Notes: a model not told the origin generated them from the letters alone. Shown: positions 49,389 through 59,668, counted from the stretch's first letter. The stretch is 64,000 nucleotides of DNA from Desulfosoma sp. (GCA_037481835.1 JBBFKW010000001.1:203503-267502), one strand, 5' to 3'. Numbers and translations are program-made.

Positions 49389-50192
49389 TCAAGAGGACAC
49401 AATGAATGCCTCCGATTTCGGCGACAGGTCCGGGATCTTGGGACCGTTTTCCATGCGATCCAACAAACGCAGGCTTTTCAGGCGCTGCCCCGTGTGATCC
49501 TCCACCCACGCGCAGACGGCCTTTATGAGCCCATGAAGTGCCCGTTTACTCAAACGGAATCGCCAGATCCTTTCCAAAGGCGCCTGCAGCATGGCGTGAA
49601 GCAAAGCGGCGGACCCCTTGTCCAGATCGATCCCTTCTTTGTCGGCAAGGCTGTGATCTCCGCAGGAAAACCTGCCCGCCGCCAGGGACAATCTCCACAG
49701 CGATGCCTCCTCGATCTTCCTCCCGCATTGACAACACCCTTCCAGGGACGGCAGAACCCCGAGGATCTTCAGGGCGCGCAGGAGAAAGAGCGCCGCCACG
49801 TTTGCGGGGTCCCGATCGGTTCCCAGCCTTTCCAGCCCTGCGCGAAGGAGAACGTAAAAGGCCGGGTTCGAAAGGTTTTCCGGGTTGAGACGCAAGGTCG
49901 TCTCCACGAGAAGGCCCGCATAGGCCCAGCGCAGAGGATCCGACCGCAAGGCCAGATGCCCTTCCAGCAACCGGCAGGATTCCACCCAGGCAAGACCCCG
50001 CCGTTGCCGAAGGCCCACCTGCACCACGCTGTTGGGTTCAAAGGCATGGACAAAACGCTTTTGGCTGCGACGGGCCCCTTTGGCCAAGGCCCGAACCAGA
50101 CCCCATTCCATGCTGAAAAAGGTGACAATGCGGTCCGACTCACCGTAATCCTGGGCGCAAAGGACCACCGCTTCCGATTCGACAACGGTCAT
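49389..50192 (-). CDS. recO: DNA repair protein RecO
   Basis: DYGESDRIV, AKGARRSQKRF, CCQCG zinc motif and LKS near the C-terminus. Confidence 0.93.
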   Translation of the reverse strand: MTVVESEAVVLCAQDYGESDRIVTFFSMEWGLVRALAKGARRSQKRFVHAFEPNSVVQVGLRQRRGLAWVESCRLLEGHLALRSDPLRWAYAGLLVETTLRLNPENLSNPAFYVLLRAGLERLGTDRDPANVAALFLLRALKILGVLPSLEGCCQCGRKIEEASLWRLSLAAGRFSCGDHSLADKEGIDLDKGSAALLHAMLQAPLERIWRFRLSKRALHGLIKAVCAWVEDHTGQRLKSLRLLDRMENGPKIPDLSPKSEAFIVSS

Positions 50193-50199
50193 GGGCGTT

Positions 50200-51144
50200 T
50201 CAGGGATTTTCCAGGTAACGGGGATCGGGAAGCTTCACCCTCAACACCTCGCCCCTCTTGCCCAAGGGCTTGAGAGGCTTTTCGTCCCAAAAGAGGCGGA
50301 TGCCGCCGGCGTTTCCCGTCCACACTTGCGCGGAACGAGAGAGAGTCCACTGGGCACTTTCCCCCGGCTTCAAGATGCGATTCTGGGGCTTTTCGTCGTC
50401 GGCTTTCACCTGGACCCACGCTTCTTCGTCCGCCACGATGCGCAGCCTATGTTCCGATCCCGACGGCACCGTAGGCCCGGAAAGCGCTTCCATCTCTTTC
50501 CCGGTCGGCAGAGCGACAGTGCGCGTTTCGGACGGCGTCTCTTCTGGGCGCTGGTCCGTCGGAGCGGTTCCTCCTGCGTCGGGTGGCGGGGCGGGCCCTT
50601 CCTGCTCCGGCAAGACTCCAGGGGCCGGCGCCAGCTCCCCGGCAGGATTGCCGCTCAGTTCCCCCGGACCTTTTTTTACGGCCAGATCGCCCGGGAGTTC
50701 CTGTTGCGGGTATACGGCTTCCCGGGCCGCCGTTGTGGCTGCTTTTCTCATTTGGTACTTGGGCCACCACACGGCCCACAGTCCCGCAACCGTAACGCCG
50801 AAGGCCAAAACGAGGAAAAGGGCCAAAAAAGCCCCGCCTTTCTTGCGACCGCCTTTCATCCACGACTGGAAGCGCTTCAAGCGCTCTCCTTCATTGTCGT
50901 AACGGCGGATATCCGAACCGTACTCTTCCAGGATCGGCTGGGGATCCACGCCCAGGGCTTCGCAATAGACCTTGAGAAACCCGCGGATGAGCAAAGGGGT
51001 CCCGATAACCTCGTACTCCCCCGCTTCCAAAGCCTGCAGCATGCGCACGCTGATCCGCGTATGCCGCGAAAGTTTCTCCAGGCTTATTTGTTGCCGCTTC
51101 CGCTCACTTTCGAGAAAAGCCCCGATATCCTTCAAAGAATCCAT
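50200..51144 (-). CDS. rodZ: RodZ-like protein (HTH, transmembrane segment, DUF4115)
   Basis: IGAFLESERK..ISL, ALEAG, RGFLKVYC, one transmembrane segment, WVQVKAD and GNAGGI motifs. Confidence 0.85.
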   Translation of the reverse strand: MDSLKDIGAFLESERKRQQISLEKLSRHTRISVRMLQALEAGEYEVIGTPLLIRGFLKVYCEALGVDPQPILEEYGSDIRRYDNEGERLKRFQSWMKGGRKKGGAFLALFLVLAFGVTVAGLWAVWWPKYQMRKAATTAAREAVYPQQELPGDLAVKKGPGELSGNPAGELAPAPGVLPEQEGPAPPPDAGGTAPTDQRPEETPSETRTVALPTGKEMEALSGPTVPSGSEHRLRIVADEEAWVQVKADDEKPQNRILKPGESAQWTLSRSAQVWTGNAGGIRLFWDEKPLKPLGKRGEVLRVKLPDPRYLENP

Positions 51145-51191
51145 GGAAATCCTTTCCTCTCACACGGCGAAAGACGGTCCTTGCGAACTTC

Positions 51192-52184
51192 TTACGATCC
51201 CGACGCTGGGGGGTCCAAATGAATCTGGATAAAGGATTTCGCCTCCAGATCCCGAATCCACTGATCGTACTTTTTGTTCACTTCCATCTGAAAGAGTTCC
51301 CGCCGCACCTTTTCCTTGACTCTTTCGTCCACCTTGCCCGGATCGGGCCTCTTCACATCCACAAGCTTGACCACATAGAAGCCGTTGGCCGATTCCAAGA
51401 CTTCGCTCACCTGGCCCGGCTGTAGGTCCCGCGTGGCCTGTTCCAAGCCCGGGGCCATGTCCTTGGCCTTGATCGTGCCGATATCGCCGCCGTCCTGAGC
51501 GCCGGGGCCTTGAGAATAGGCGCGGGCCAAGTCCGCAAAATTTTCCCCTTTTCGGATCCGGTTCAGGATTTCCTGGGCCTTGAGACGCACCGTCTGGCGC
51601 GCTTCAGGTGAAGACGGCGCCGACAGGAATATGACCGCAAGGTGGCGTTCCTCATCCGGGCTTCTGACCTGACGGCTCAAGGCGGCTTGGACCTGATCGT
51701 CGGTAATCACCGTCTTGGATTTTAGCACCCTTTCAATGAGTCGAGCCCTTTCCAGATCCTGCCGAATCATCTTCTTGAACTGGTCCAGGGAACGCCCTTC
51801 TTGCTTCAGCATCGCTTCCAACTGCTGGCGGCTCACACTGTTGGACTTTTGGAGAGACGTCAAAGCCTCTTCCACTTCCGATTCGCTCACTGTGATCTTC
51901 AGCCGGGCGACCTCCTGAGCCGTGAGTTTTTCCCGGATCATCTGGCGGAGGACTTCCTTGCGCAACGTGTCGGCCGAGCCCAAAGGCGGCGCGTCCCGAA
52001 GCTGTTCGGCGGCCTTGAGCACCCCCTCGACCCGCTTCTGGAGTTCACTGTTGAGGATCACGTCGTCGTTGACCACCGCCACGATCCAGTCCACCGGCTT
52101 GGCCTGGGCTGGTCCGGGAACGGCAAGGAGCAATCCCAAAAGCCACACACCCAACGCCATCCCTTTCAGAAAACCCTGTCTCAT
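51192..52184 (-). CDS. surA: SurA-like periplasmic chaperone/parvulin PPIase
   Basis: DWIVAVVNDDVI, FADLARAYS, GGDIG and GQVS motifs. Confidence 0.85.
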   Translation of the reverse strand: MRQGFLKGMALGVWLLGLLLAVPGPAQAKPVDWIVAVVNDDVILNSELQKRVEGVLKAAEQLRDAPPLGSADTLRKEVLRQMIREKLTAQEVARLKITVSESEVEEALTSLQKSNSVSRQQLEAMLKQEGRSLDQFKKMIRQDLERARLIERVLKSKTVITDDQVQAALSRQVRSPDEERHLAVIFLSAPSSPEARQTVRLKAQEILNRIRKGENFADLARAYSQGPGAQDGGDIGTIKAKDMAPGLEQATRDLQPGQVSEVLESANGFYVVKLVDVKRPDPGKVDERVKEKVRRELFQMEVNKKYDQWIRDLEAKSFIQIHLDPPASGS

Positions 52185-52205
52185 CGCGCCTTGCGTCCTT
52201 TCTCT

Positions 52206-55200
52206 TCAGGGGGACTGCTCCCCGCTTCCCACATCCCACGCCGGTGAAAAAGACGGGCTTTGTGAAACTAACCTATTGAATTGACTAAGGTCTCTAACAT
52301 GATCCTCAAGGGCTTGCAAGAGCCTTTTGAGTCGCACCAAAGCCGCCAGGGTCGTGCGCGCTTCAAGTTCCACCGTCATCTTGCGTTCCCCGTGCAAGGC
52401 GGCGAAGCACTTGGCGTCGGACAGGGTCTGAAGCACCGATCCATACGGCACCGGTTCGGCGAAAGTGCATGTCATGACGGTGCTGGTCCCTTCCAGGCGG
52501 GTGATGCGCAAGCGCTTCAGCAGGAGCCGCACGCGGGCGAGGACCAACAGCGCCTTGGCCTCATCGGGCAAGGGACCGAACCGATCACGCCATTCTTTGG
52601 CGATGTCGTCGATTTCTTCTTGGCTCTTGGCCCCGGACAGGCGTTTGTAGGCCACCAGCCTTTGGTCGGCCACGGGCATGAAGTGAGACGGCACATAGGC
52701 CGCCACGGGAATGGCGATTTCCGGATCGGGAAATTCCTCTTCTATCGCCTCTCCCTTCATTTTGCGGATGGTTTCTTCCAGGAGTTCCAAGTAAAGTTCA
52801 TAGCCCACGGAGGCGATGTGTCCCGACTGGGCAGAGCCCAAAATGGTGCCGCCGCCCCGGATTTGCAAATCGTTCAAAGCGATCTTGAAGCCCGAGCCGA
52901 GCTCGCTGAAGTCCATCAGGGCCCGGAGTCTTTTCTGGGCGTCCCGGGTCACCAGGTGTTCTCCCGGGATGAGCAGGTACGCATAGGCCTGTTCCGCAGA
53001 CCGGCCGACCCGACCGCGCAGCTGGTAGATTTGGGCCAATCCCATCTTGTCCGCCCGGTTGATGAGGATGGTGTTGGCCGCCGGGATGTCCAACCCGGAC
53101 TCGATGATGGTCGTGCACACCAACACATCCACTTTTTTGTGCACGAAATCCATCATGATCTTTTCCAAGTCCCGCTCCTTCATCTGTCCGTGAGCCACTT
53201 CAACGCGGGCTTCCGGAACCAGGGACCGGATCTTGTCGGCCATGCGCAAAATGGTCTGCACGTGGTTGTGAACGAAAAACACCTGCCCGCCGCGCCGCAG
53301 TTCCCTCGTGATGGCCTCTCGAATGGTAAGCTCCTCGAAAGGACAGACCACCGTCTCCACGGCCTTGCGGTCCTGGGGCGCCGTCTCGATGGTACTCAGG
53401 TCGCGTATCCCCGTCAGGGCCATGTGAAGGGTCCTCGGGATGGGCGTCGCCGTGAGGGTCAGCACGTCCACGGAAACCCGCAATTCCTTGATGCGCTCTT
53501 TATGCCGCACCCCGAACCGCTGTTCTTCGTCGATGATCAGGAGCCCCAGGTCTCTGAAGACCACATCCTTTTGCAGGAGCCGATGGGTGCCGATGACGAT
53601 GTCCAAACCGCCGGATCGCAGCTGCTCGAGAATCCGTTTTTGTTCCGCGGGGGTGCGGAAACGACTGAGCACGTCCACGGTCACGGGAAAATCCTTCAGG
53701 CGCTCCTGGAATGTGGCGCAGTGCTGTTCGGCCAAAACGGTGGTCGGGGTGAGCATGGCCACCTGTTTTCCGTCCATGGCCGCCTTAAAGGCCGCCCGCA
53801 AGGCGACTTCCGTCTTGCCGTAGCCCACGTCCCCGCACACGAGCCGATCCATGGGGCGCGGGGAACACATGTCCTGCAGGACATCTTCGATGGCGCGCAT
53901 CTGATCGGGCGTTTCCTCGAAAGGAAAGGTGGCCTCGAATTCTCGGTAGAGGCTGTCCGGCGGGCTGAACGCCGTGCCTTCGCGAATTTGGCGCAGCGCG
54001 TAGATCTTGAGCAACTCTTCGGCCACTCTTTCGGCCGATTCCCTCGCTTTTTTCTTGACGGCTTCCCAGGCCTTGCCACCCAGCCGATCCACCCGCACCT
54101 CGGCGCCTTCCACGCCCAGGTATTTCTGCACCTTGTTTAATTTATCCACCGGCACGTAGAGGCGATCGCCGTCCTGGTAGTCCAGTTGGAGAAAATCGCT
54201 TTCCAACGGCCCGACGGTCAGATGCACCAGACCGCGATAGACCCCGATGCCGTGGTCCACGTGGACCACCAAATCCCCTTCGTGCAGGTCTTCAAAGGAA
54301 CTGAGAAACAACCCCGTCAGACTCTTTTTGCCGCGGGGCCGCACGCGGCGCTTTCCAAAAAGTTCCGTTTCCGAAACTACCGCAAGGTGGTGCCCCGGCC
54401 AGACAAAGCCGGAGCGGATCGACCCGACGGCGAGCGACAGTTCGCGCCCTTCAGGCCTTTGCGGTCGGAGAAGATCCCGGCCGCGAACCACGGCCGTCGC
54501 CTCGAGCCCGTAGTGGGCGAGGAGTTCTTTAAGCCGCTTGGACTGTTCCTGCCCCTCACTGACCACGACCGTCGCAAGACCTTGGTCTTGCCACGAGCGG
54601 ATGCGTTGGACCACCGGCTCCAAGAGCCTTTCCCTCTTGGGATGGGCCTTCAACGCCAAGACCAGGTCGCTTTGCGTCTGCACCCCCACGTCGTAGTGAA
54701 CCGCTGCCTCTTTTCGGTCGGCCATGGCGTTGACCCAGACGTTGTGAAAACGCCGGGCGGAAGCGTCCACGATTTCCGGCGCCAGGAAAAGCTCTTCCAC
54801 GGGACGGCGCCACTGGTCGTCCCCGTCCTTTCGGCCCTGTTCCCAGAGGATGCGCCCGTAGGTTTCGTGCATCTCCTTTTTGAGTTCGCCGTAATCGGAC
54901 CAAAGCAACAGAGCTTCCCGGGGGAGATAGTCGAAGAAGGTTGCCGGCGATTCGTAGAAAACCGAAAGAACCGTTTCGAAAGCCGCCGGCTGATGGCCTT
55001 GTTCCAATCTCTCGAGCCAGACGTTGCCCAAAGAGGGGCTGAGCCGCCCGCGCTGGACGTCTTCCAAAAGGAGCGCTCGGGCTCGATCCCGGGCGGCTTC
55101 ATCGAAAATGACTTCACTTGCCGGAGTGACAACCACTTCTTCGAGGGACGCCAGGGAGCGTTGCGTCCCCGGGTGGAAGAGCCGGATGGATTCCACGACG

Positions 55201-55829
55201 TCCCCGGAAAACTCCAAACGCACGGGCCAGGCATACAGGGGGACGTACACGTCCAAGACGGCGCCGCGCCTGCTGAAATCGCCGTATTCTTCCGCAAGGG
55301 CCGTGGGATAATAGCCGGAAGCGACCAAGCGCCGCACAAAATCTTCCTGATCCAGAGTCTCGCCCACAACGCGGTATTCGCTGCGTGCAATGAGGACCGC
55401 CGGGGGGATGACTTTTTCCAAAACGGCCGCAACGGAAGTGACCACAATGAAGGGGTTGTTCAGGTTCTTGAGGCTCCACAGGGTTTCCAGCCGACGGGCG
55501 GTATGCTCCATTTTGCCCAACACCTGGGCCTGGTGGCCGGATCGGGAGGGAAAAACAAGGAGTTTTCGGCGCAAGGGATCCGGCGTCCGAAGGGGCTCCT
55601 GAAAGAAGCGGATTTCTTCCGCAAAAGAGGCCGCCTCTCGGTCTGTGGCCGTGATCACGATCACGGGCCGTTTCAAACCGTCGGCGAGCTGCGACGCCCA
55701 CAAGGCGAGGGCCGAAGACGGCATGTGGGATAGGGAAATCGGACCGGCGCCTTTTCGAACAATTTCCGTAAGCTGGAAAGGGGAAAGGGAATGGCTCCCC
55801 TCCAAGAGGCCTTCGCTGCCTTTATCCAT
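52206..55829 (-). CDS. mfd: Transcription-repair coupling factor
   Basis: VVHVDHGIG, FEETPDQ, CGDVGYGKTEVA, DEEQRFGV, TATPIPRTL, QLRGRVGR and GSAQSGHI motifs. Confidence 0.97.
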   Translation of the reverse strand: MDKGSEGLLEGSHSLSPFQLTEIVRKGAGPISLSHMPSSALALWASQLADGLKRPVIVITATDREAASFAEEIRFFQEPLRTPDPLRRKLLVFPSRSGHQAQVLGKMEHTARRLETLWSLKNLNNPFIVVTSVAAVLEKVIPPAVLIARSEYRVVGETLDQEDFVRRLVASGYYPTALAEEYGDFSRRGAVLDVYVPLYAWPVRLEFSGDVVESIRLFHPGTQRSLASLEEVVVTPASEVIFDEAARDRARALLLEDVQRGRLSPSLGNVWLERLEQGHQPAAFETVLSVFYESPATFFDYLPREALLLWSDYGELKKEMHETYGRILWEQGRKDGDDQWRRPVEELFLAPEIVDASARRFHNVWVNAMADRKEAAVHYDVGVQTQSDLVLALKAHPKRERLLEPVVQRIRSWQDQGLATVVVSEGQEQSKRLKELLAHYGLEATAVVRGRDLLRPQRPEGRELSLAVGSIRSGFVWPGHHLAVVSETELFGKRRVRPRGKKSLTGLFLSSFEDLHEGDLVVHVDHGIGVYRGLVHLTVGPLESDFLQLDYQDGDRLYVPVDKLNKVQKYLGVEGAEVRVDRLGGKAWEAVKKKARESAERVAEELLKIYALRQIREGTAFSPPDSLYREFEATFPFEETPDQMRAIEDVLQDMCSPRPMDRLVCGDVGYGKTEVALRAAFKAAMDGKQVAMLTPTTVLAEQHCATFQERLKDFPVTVDVLSRFRTPAEQKRILEQLRSGGLDIVIGTHRLLQKDVVFRDLGLLIIDEEQRFGVRHKERIKELRVSVDVLTLTATPIPRTLHMALTGIRDLSTIETAPQDRKAVETVVCPFEELTIREAITRELRRGGQVFFVHNHVQTILRMADKIRSLVPEARVEVAHGQMKERDLEKIMMDFVHKKVDVLVCTTIIESGLDIPAANTILINRADKMGLAQIYQLRGRVGRSAEQAYAYLLIPGEHLVTRDAQKRLRALMDFSELGSGFKIALNDLQIRGGGTILGSAQSGHIASVGYELYLELLEETIRKMKGEAIEEEFPDPEIAIPVAAYVPSHFMPVADQRLVAYKRLSGAKSQEEIDDIAKEWRDRFGPLPDEAKALLVLARVRLLLKRLRITRLEGTSTVMTCTFAEPVPYGSVLQTLSDAKCFAALHGERKMTVELEARTTLAALVRLKRLLQALEDHVRDLSQFNRLVSQSPSFSPAWDVGSGEQSP

Positions 55830-56078
55830 GTGTCGAGCATGAGTGAAATTCAAAGCGCTTTGAAACCTCCCTCTGTGTTTTCGTCCCACAATAATCCCGA
55901 TCCACTCTTCCGTAAAGACGAAGCCTTTTCCACAATCCGAAGGCTTTGTCACGAGAAACCGGCCGAAATGTCCCAAGAACGCGCAAGAGAATTTTCCTTG
56001 CGGGTGCGATCCGCTATAATCGCCTCCGCCTTTCGGGGGATGACCCCTCGATCCCGACATCGGCCCAGGAGACAGACA

Positions 56079-57503
56079 ATGGCCCACGAGGAAAACCGCA
56101 CCATCCAAGATCGGCTCCGCAGACTCCCTAGTGTGGATGAACTTCTCAAGGATCGCCGGATCCAAGACATGCTCTCCACGGTTCCCAGAAAAATCGTCGT
56201 GGACAGCCTGCGCGAGACCCTGGAATCGGTGCGACGCCGGTTGGTTTCCTCCGTCGAGGGACTCTTGGAAGAGGTGCCTTCCGCAGATCAGTTGGTCCAA
56301 CAGGCCTTGGCGGTGTGCGCCGAAAAGAACGCCTTCACCCTCCAGCCGGTGGTCAATGCCACGGGGATTGTGGTGCACACCAACCTGGGCCGCTCCCTCT
56401 TGGCCGAAGAAGCGATCGAAAGGTTGCACATCGCATGCCGCAGCTATTCGAACCTGGAATACGACCTCGCCCACGGTCGGCGGGGATCGCGCTATGTGCA
56501 CGCCGAAGCGATCCTTCGAGAAATCACGGGGGCCGAAGCCGCCCTTGTGGTCAACAACAACGCCGCCGCTGTCTTCCTGATTCTAAACACCCTGGCTAAA
56601 GACCGTGAGGTCATCGTCTCCCGGGGGCAGCTCGTGGAAATCGGCGGTTCCTTTCGCATCCCCGACGTCATGGCCGCCAGCGGGGCCATTCTGCGCGAAG
56701 TGGGGTGCACGAACCGCACCCACCTGCACGATTACGAAAACGCCATCGGAGAACGCACCCGGCTTCTCATGAAGGTGCACTGCAGCAACTATCGGCTGGT
56801 GGGCTTTACCGCCGAAGTCCCGTTGGAGGACCTGGTGCGGTTGGCTCGACAGCATAACCTGCTCGTTGCGGAAGACCTGGGAAGCGGCTCCCTGGTGGAC
56901 GTCTCCGTGCTGGGACTTCCTCGAGAGCCCACCGCTCAGGAAGCCGTAAGGGCCGGGGTGGATGTGGTGACCTTCAGCGGCGATAAGTTGCTCGGAGGAC
57001 CCCAGGCCGGCATCATCCTCGGCCGGAAGGACATCATCGCCCAATGCAAGAAAAACCCGCTGACCCGCGCCCTGCGCGTGGATAAGATGACCCTGGCCGC
57101 ATTGGAAGCCACCCTGCGGCTTTACAGAGACGAACCGACGGCATGGCGCCGTATTCCCACCCTGGAAATGATCGCCAGGCCCCTGGAAACTTTGAAGGAA
57201 GCGGCGCAGCGCTTGGCCCACGGCATTGAGAATTTGGACGGTGCGGCTCTGTGGAATGTGCAGGTCCAGGAAAGCACCTCTCAGGTGGGTGGCGGGGCTT
57301 TACCGGAACGGAACCTGCCCACGTTCGTCGTGGCCGTCACCTCATCCAGGTGGAGCGCCGTGAGGCTGGAAGAGCGGCTGAGAGCTCATAACCCGCCCAT
57401 TATCGGCCGCATCGAATCCGATCGGTTTCTCATGGATGTAAGAACGCTCCGGGACGGGGACGCCGACATCATCCTCCGCGCTTTCGCACAACTCGCCTCC
57501 TAG
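56079..57503 (+). CDS. selA: L-seryl-tRNA(Sec) selenium transferase
   Basis: LPSVD, NATGIVVHTNLGRS, VNNNAAA, SRGQLVEIGGSFRIP, FSGDKLLGGPQAG and RALRVDK motifs. Confidence 0.98.
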   Translation: MAHEENRTIQDRLRRLPSVDELLKDRRIQDMLSTVPRKIVVDSLRETLESVRRRLVSSVEGLLEEVPSADQLVQQALAVCAEKNAFTLQPVVNATGIVVHTNLGRSLLAEEAIERLHIACRSYSNLEYDLAHGRRGSRYVHAEAILREITGAEAALVVNNNAAAVFLILNTLAKDREVIVSRGQLVEIGGSFRIPDVMAASGAILREVGCTNRTHLHDYENAIGERTRLLMKVHCSNYRLVGFTAEVPLEDLVRLARQHNLLVAEDLGSGSLVDVSVLGLPREPTAQEAVRAGVDVVTFSGDKLLGGPQAGIILGRKDIIAQCKKNPLTRALRVDKMTLAALEATLRLYRDEPTAWRRIPTLEMIARPLETLKEAAQRLAHGIENLDGAALWNVQVQESTSQVGGGALPERNLPTFVVAVTSSRWSAVRLEERLRAHNPPIIGRIESDRFLMDVRTLRDGDADIILRAFAQLAS

Positions 57504-57602
57504 AAGCCTGTCCGAGAATGCCGATTTTGGTGCTTTATGGCATCCTAACTATCTAAATTTACGTTGCTCAGATCGGCAAGAATCGAATTGTCGGACAGCC
57601 TC
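57504..57602. mobile_element. MITE-like element 1 (99 bp)
   Basis: Imperfect terminal inverted repeats AAGCCTGTCCGAGAAT / ATTGTCGGACAGCCTC, flanked by CTAG at 57500 and 57603; AT-rich interior. Confidence 0.7.
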
Positions 57603-57606
57603 CTAG

Positions 57607-57724
57607 GAGCCTGTCCGAGAATGGCATATTCCTGGGAGCGCGGGCGTCTCGCCCGCTTCTCGTGCGGGCCGGAGGCCCGCGCTCCCAGGAGAAGAGGCCT
57701 TCGGGTTCGTTCTCGGACAAGCAT
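57607..57724. mobile_element. MITE-like element 2 (118 bp) carrying a REP doublet
   Basis: Ends GAGCCTGTCCGAGAA / TTCTCGGACAAGCAT, flanked by CTAG at 57603 and 57725. Interior CCTGGGAGCGCGGGCGTCTCGCCCGC...GCGGGCCGGAGGCCCGCGCTCCCAGG. Confidence 0.72.
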
Positions 57725-57825
57725 CTAGGCCATCTCCCGTTCCGGGCATCATTCTTGCCCTCATTGCCGTGAAAAGGCGCGGGAAATCCGAGCAGACCAT
57801 CCCATGGCCTTTTGCGGAGAAAACA

Positions 57826-59070
57826 CTACGGAATTCCGCCGTGAAGGGGAGTTGACGTTGGACGGGTCCGCCGCGCGGGCGGCAGGCGCCAGAGCGCCAA
57901 GAAGGCCATCACAAGGAAAAGAAGCCCCGTCGCCGTAAATGTCGCCCGAAGCCCGAAACTGCCGGCCACGAGGGCTCCGAGAAGCGGCGCCACAGCTCGG
58001 GAACCCGAAACGACGGAGCTGTCCAGCCCGTAGACCGACCCTTCTTCCCCATGGGCTGTGTAGGCGGCCAAGAGAGAACTGGTGGAAGGCAGGGTGCCGC
58101 CCAAAGCCAGACCGCACAGGGCCTGGAGCGCCAAGAGCTGCCAGGCTTTTTCCACCAGACTTTGCGGAAGGTACGCCAGGCCGCCCAAAAGGGCGCAGGC
58201 CACCAACACTTTTTCATGCCCGATCCGATCCCCGAGCCGGCCCCAAAAGACGGCCGATAGAGCGCCCATGAAAGCCACCATGGCAAAAAGGACACCGGTG
58301 ATGGTGTTCACCGAAGCCCCGGGTTCCAAAAGGGTTTGGATGAAAAAGGGCGCGATGGGAATGATCATCATGCGCCCAAGATAGGCAAAAAAGCGGAGTC
58401 CGTAAGCCAAGGCCATGCCGCGCCTTTGGAGGATCTCTCGCCACGACCGCCACAGCCCGATGGACACATCCCCCAGGGAGGCCTTTTCCGGGGGCTGGAA
58501 CACCTCCCGAACCCCTGCCGCAACCAGCAGACCGGCTGCAGCCAAGAGTCCCCCGGTGATGAGAAAGGCGGACCGGTAACCTAAGGTGTCGGCAAGGATG
58601 CCCCCCAGAAGCGGCCCCACGGCAATGCCGCCCGTCAGGCCCAATTGCATGACACCCATGGCATAACCGATGCGCTGCCGGGGGACCGCCGCTGCCACCA
58701 AAGCGTTGGCGGCGGAAATAATGCCGGTGATCAAGCCCTGGAGGGCTCGAAGAGCCACCAGTTCCTCGGCGGAACGCACAAACGCCATGGCCGTCAAAAC
58801 CACCGCCCCTCCGAAAAGGGATCGTTCCACCATGAGTTTCCGGCCGAAACGGTCCGCCAACCCCCCCCAAATGGGAGAAGCCACCATCATGGTGAGAGCC
58901 TGGGACGAAAAAACCAGCCCCGCGAGGAGCTTAATGTCCCAATGCCACGCGGAACCCAAGTGCTCCACGTAAAGCGGCAGAAAAGGAAAGATTACGGAAA
59001 AACCCACGGCCGAAAGAAACTGGGCCGCAAACATGATCCACAGCGTGCGCTTCCAATGGGCATCTTCCAT
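57826..59070 (-). CDS. MFS transporter (MdtG/DHA1-like)
   Basis: WKRTL, PFLPLYV, WGGLADRFGRKLM and WGRLGDRIG motifs; about 12 transmembrane segments. Confidence 0.92.
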   Translation of the reverse strand: MEDAHWKRTLWIMFAAQFLSAVGFSVIFPFLPLYVEHLGSAWHWDIKLLAGLVFSSQALTMMVASPIWGGLADRFGRKLMVERSLFGGAVVLTAMAFVRSAEELVALRALQGLITGIISAANALVAAAVPRQRIGYAMGVMQLGLTGGIAVGPLLGGILADTLGYRSAFLITGGLLAAAGLLVAAGVREVFQPPEKASLGDVSIGLWRSWREILQRRGMALAYGLRFFAYLGRMMIIPIAPFFIQTLLEPGASVNTITGVLFAMVAFMGALSAVFWGRLGDRIGHEKVLVACALLGGLAYLPQSLVEKAWQLLALQALCGLALGGTLPSTSSLLAAYTAHGEEGSVYGLDSSVVSGSRAVAPLLGALVAGSFGLRATFTATGLLFLVMAFLALWRLPPARRTRPTSTPLHGGIP

Positions 59071-59306
59071 CAATTCCCCCAAAACCTTCCGTGCTCCCGA
59101 TTCCTTCGCCGTCCGAGCCCGTCATCCTAGCCGCACTGGGCGGGCCCTGACAACCCCAGCTGCGCGAACGCGCCACGAAACGTGGGATCGCAAAACAGAC
59201 TTCTCAACTCGGTCGATTATTGCTAAGGTGCGCGCTCACTCCAGTTGACACGGCCTCACGGTGTGCATAACTGAGAGAAAACGCCTTTAGGAAAAAGGAG
59301 CGCCCA

Positions 59307-59636
59307 ATGGTTCACATGACACCGAAAGCGGAAGAGGTTCTCAAGGAGTACTTCCAGGACAAAGAGATCCATCCCATCCGGATCTTTCTCCAGCAGGGAG
59401 GATGAAGCGGTCCGTCCCTGGCCATGGTTCTGGATGAACCTACGAACGCGGATGAGGTTTTCAAGATCAACGGTTTTACCATGGTGGTCAACCGAAACCT
59501 GCTCGAACTGACCAAGTCCCTGACCGTGGACTTCGTGGACCACGGCATGGTGTCCGGGTTTCGCGTACTCTCCGAAGTGCCCATAGGCGGCGGGGGCGGA
59601 TGCGGCAGTTCCTGCAGCACCTCGTGCAGCTGCTGA
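59307..59636 (+). CDS. HesB/IscA-like selenoprotein (Sec at codon 33, UGA at 59403-59405)
   Basis: AAGGAG RBS plus ATG 59307 gives MVHMTPKAEEVLKEYFQDKEIHPIRIFLQQGG-U-SGPSLAMVLDEP..., in frame with the 59424-59636 ORF. The UGA occupies the GGC-equivalent position of HesB proteins. Confidence 0.9.
59406..59442 (+). promoter_or_regulatory. Putative bacterial SECIS hairpin
   Basis: TCC-CT-GGC-CATG-GTT-CT-GGA imperfect hairpin beginning about 9 nt after the UGA. Confidence 0.5.
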
Positions 59637-59668
59637 AAGGCTTGGAAAATCAGAAAACGTTTTTTCCG

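Noticed and set aside
55830..56501. N-terminal extensions of mfd and selA in the ORF track
   Set aside because: They overlap each other on opposite strands; homologous sequence and RBSs support starts at 55829 and 56079.
57500..57728. CRISPR array
   Set aside because: Only two direct copies of the repeat plus inverted copies, spacing of about 100 nt, and no cas genes; fits MITE ends.
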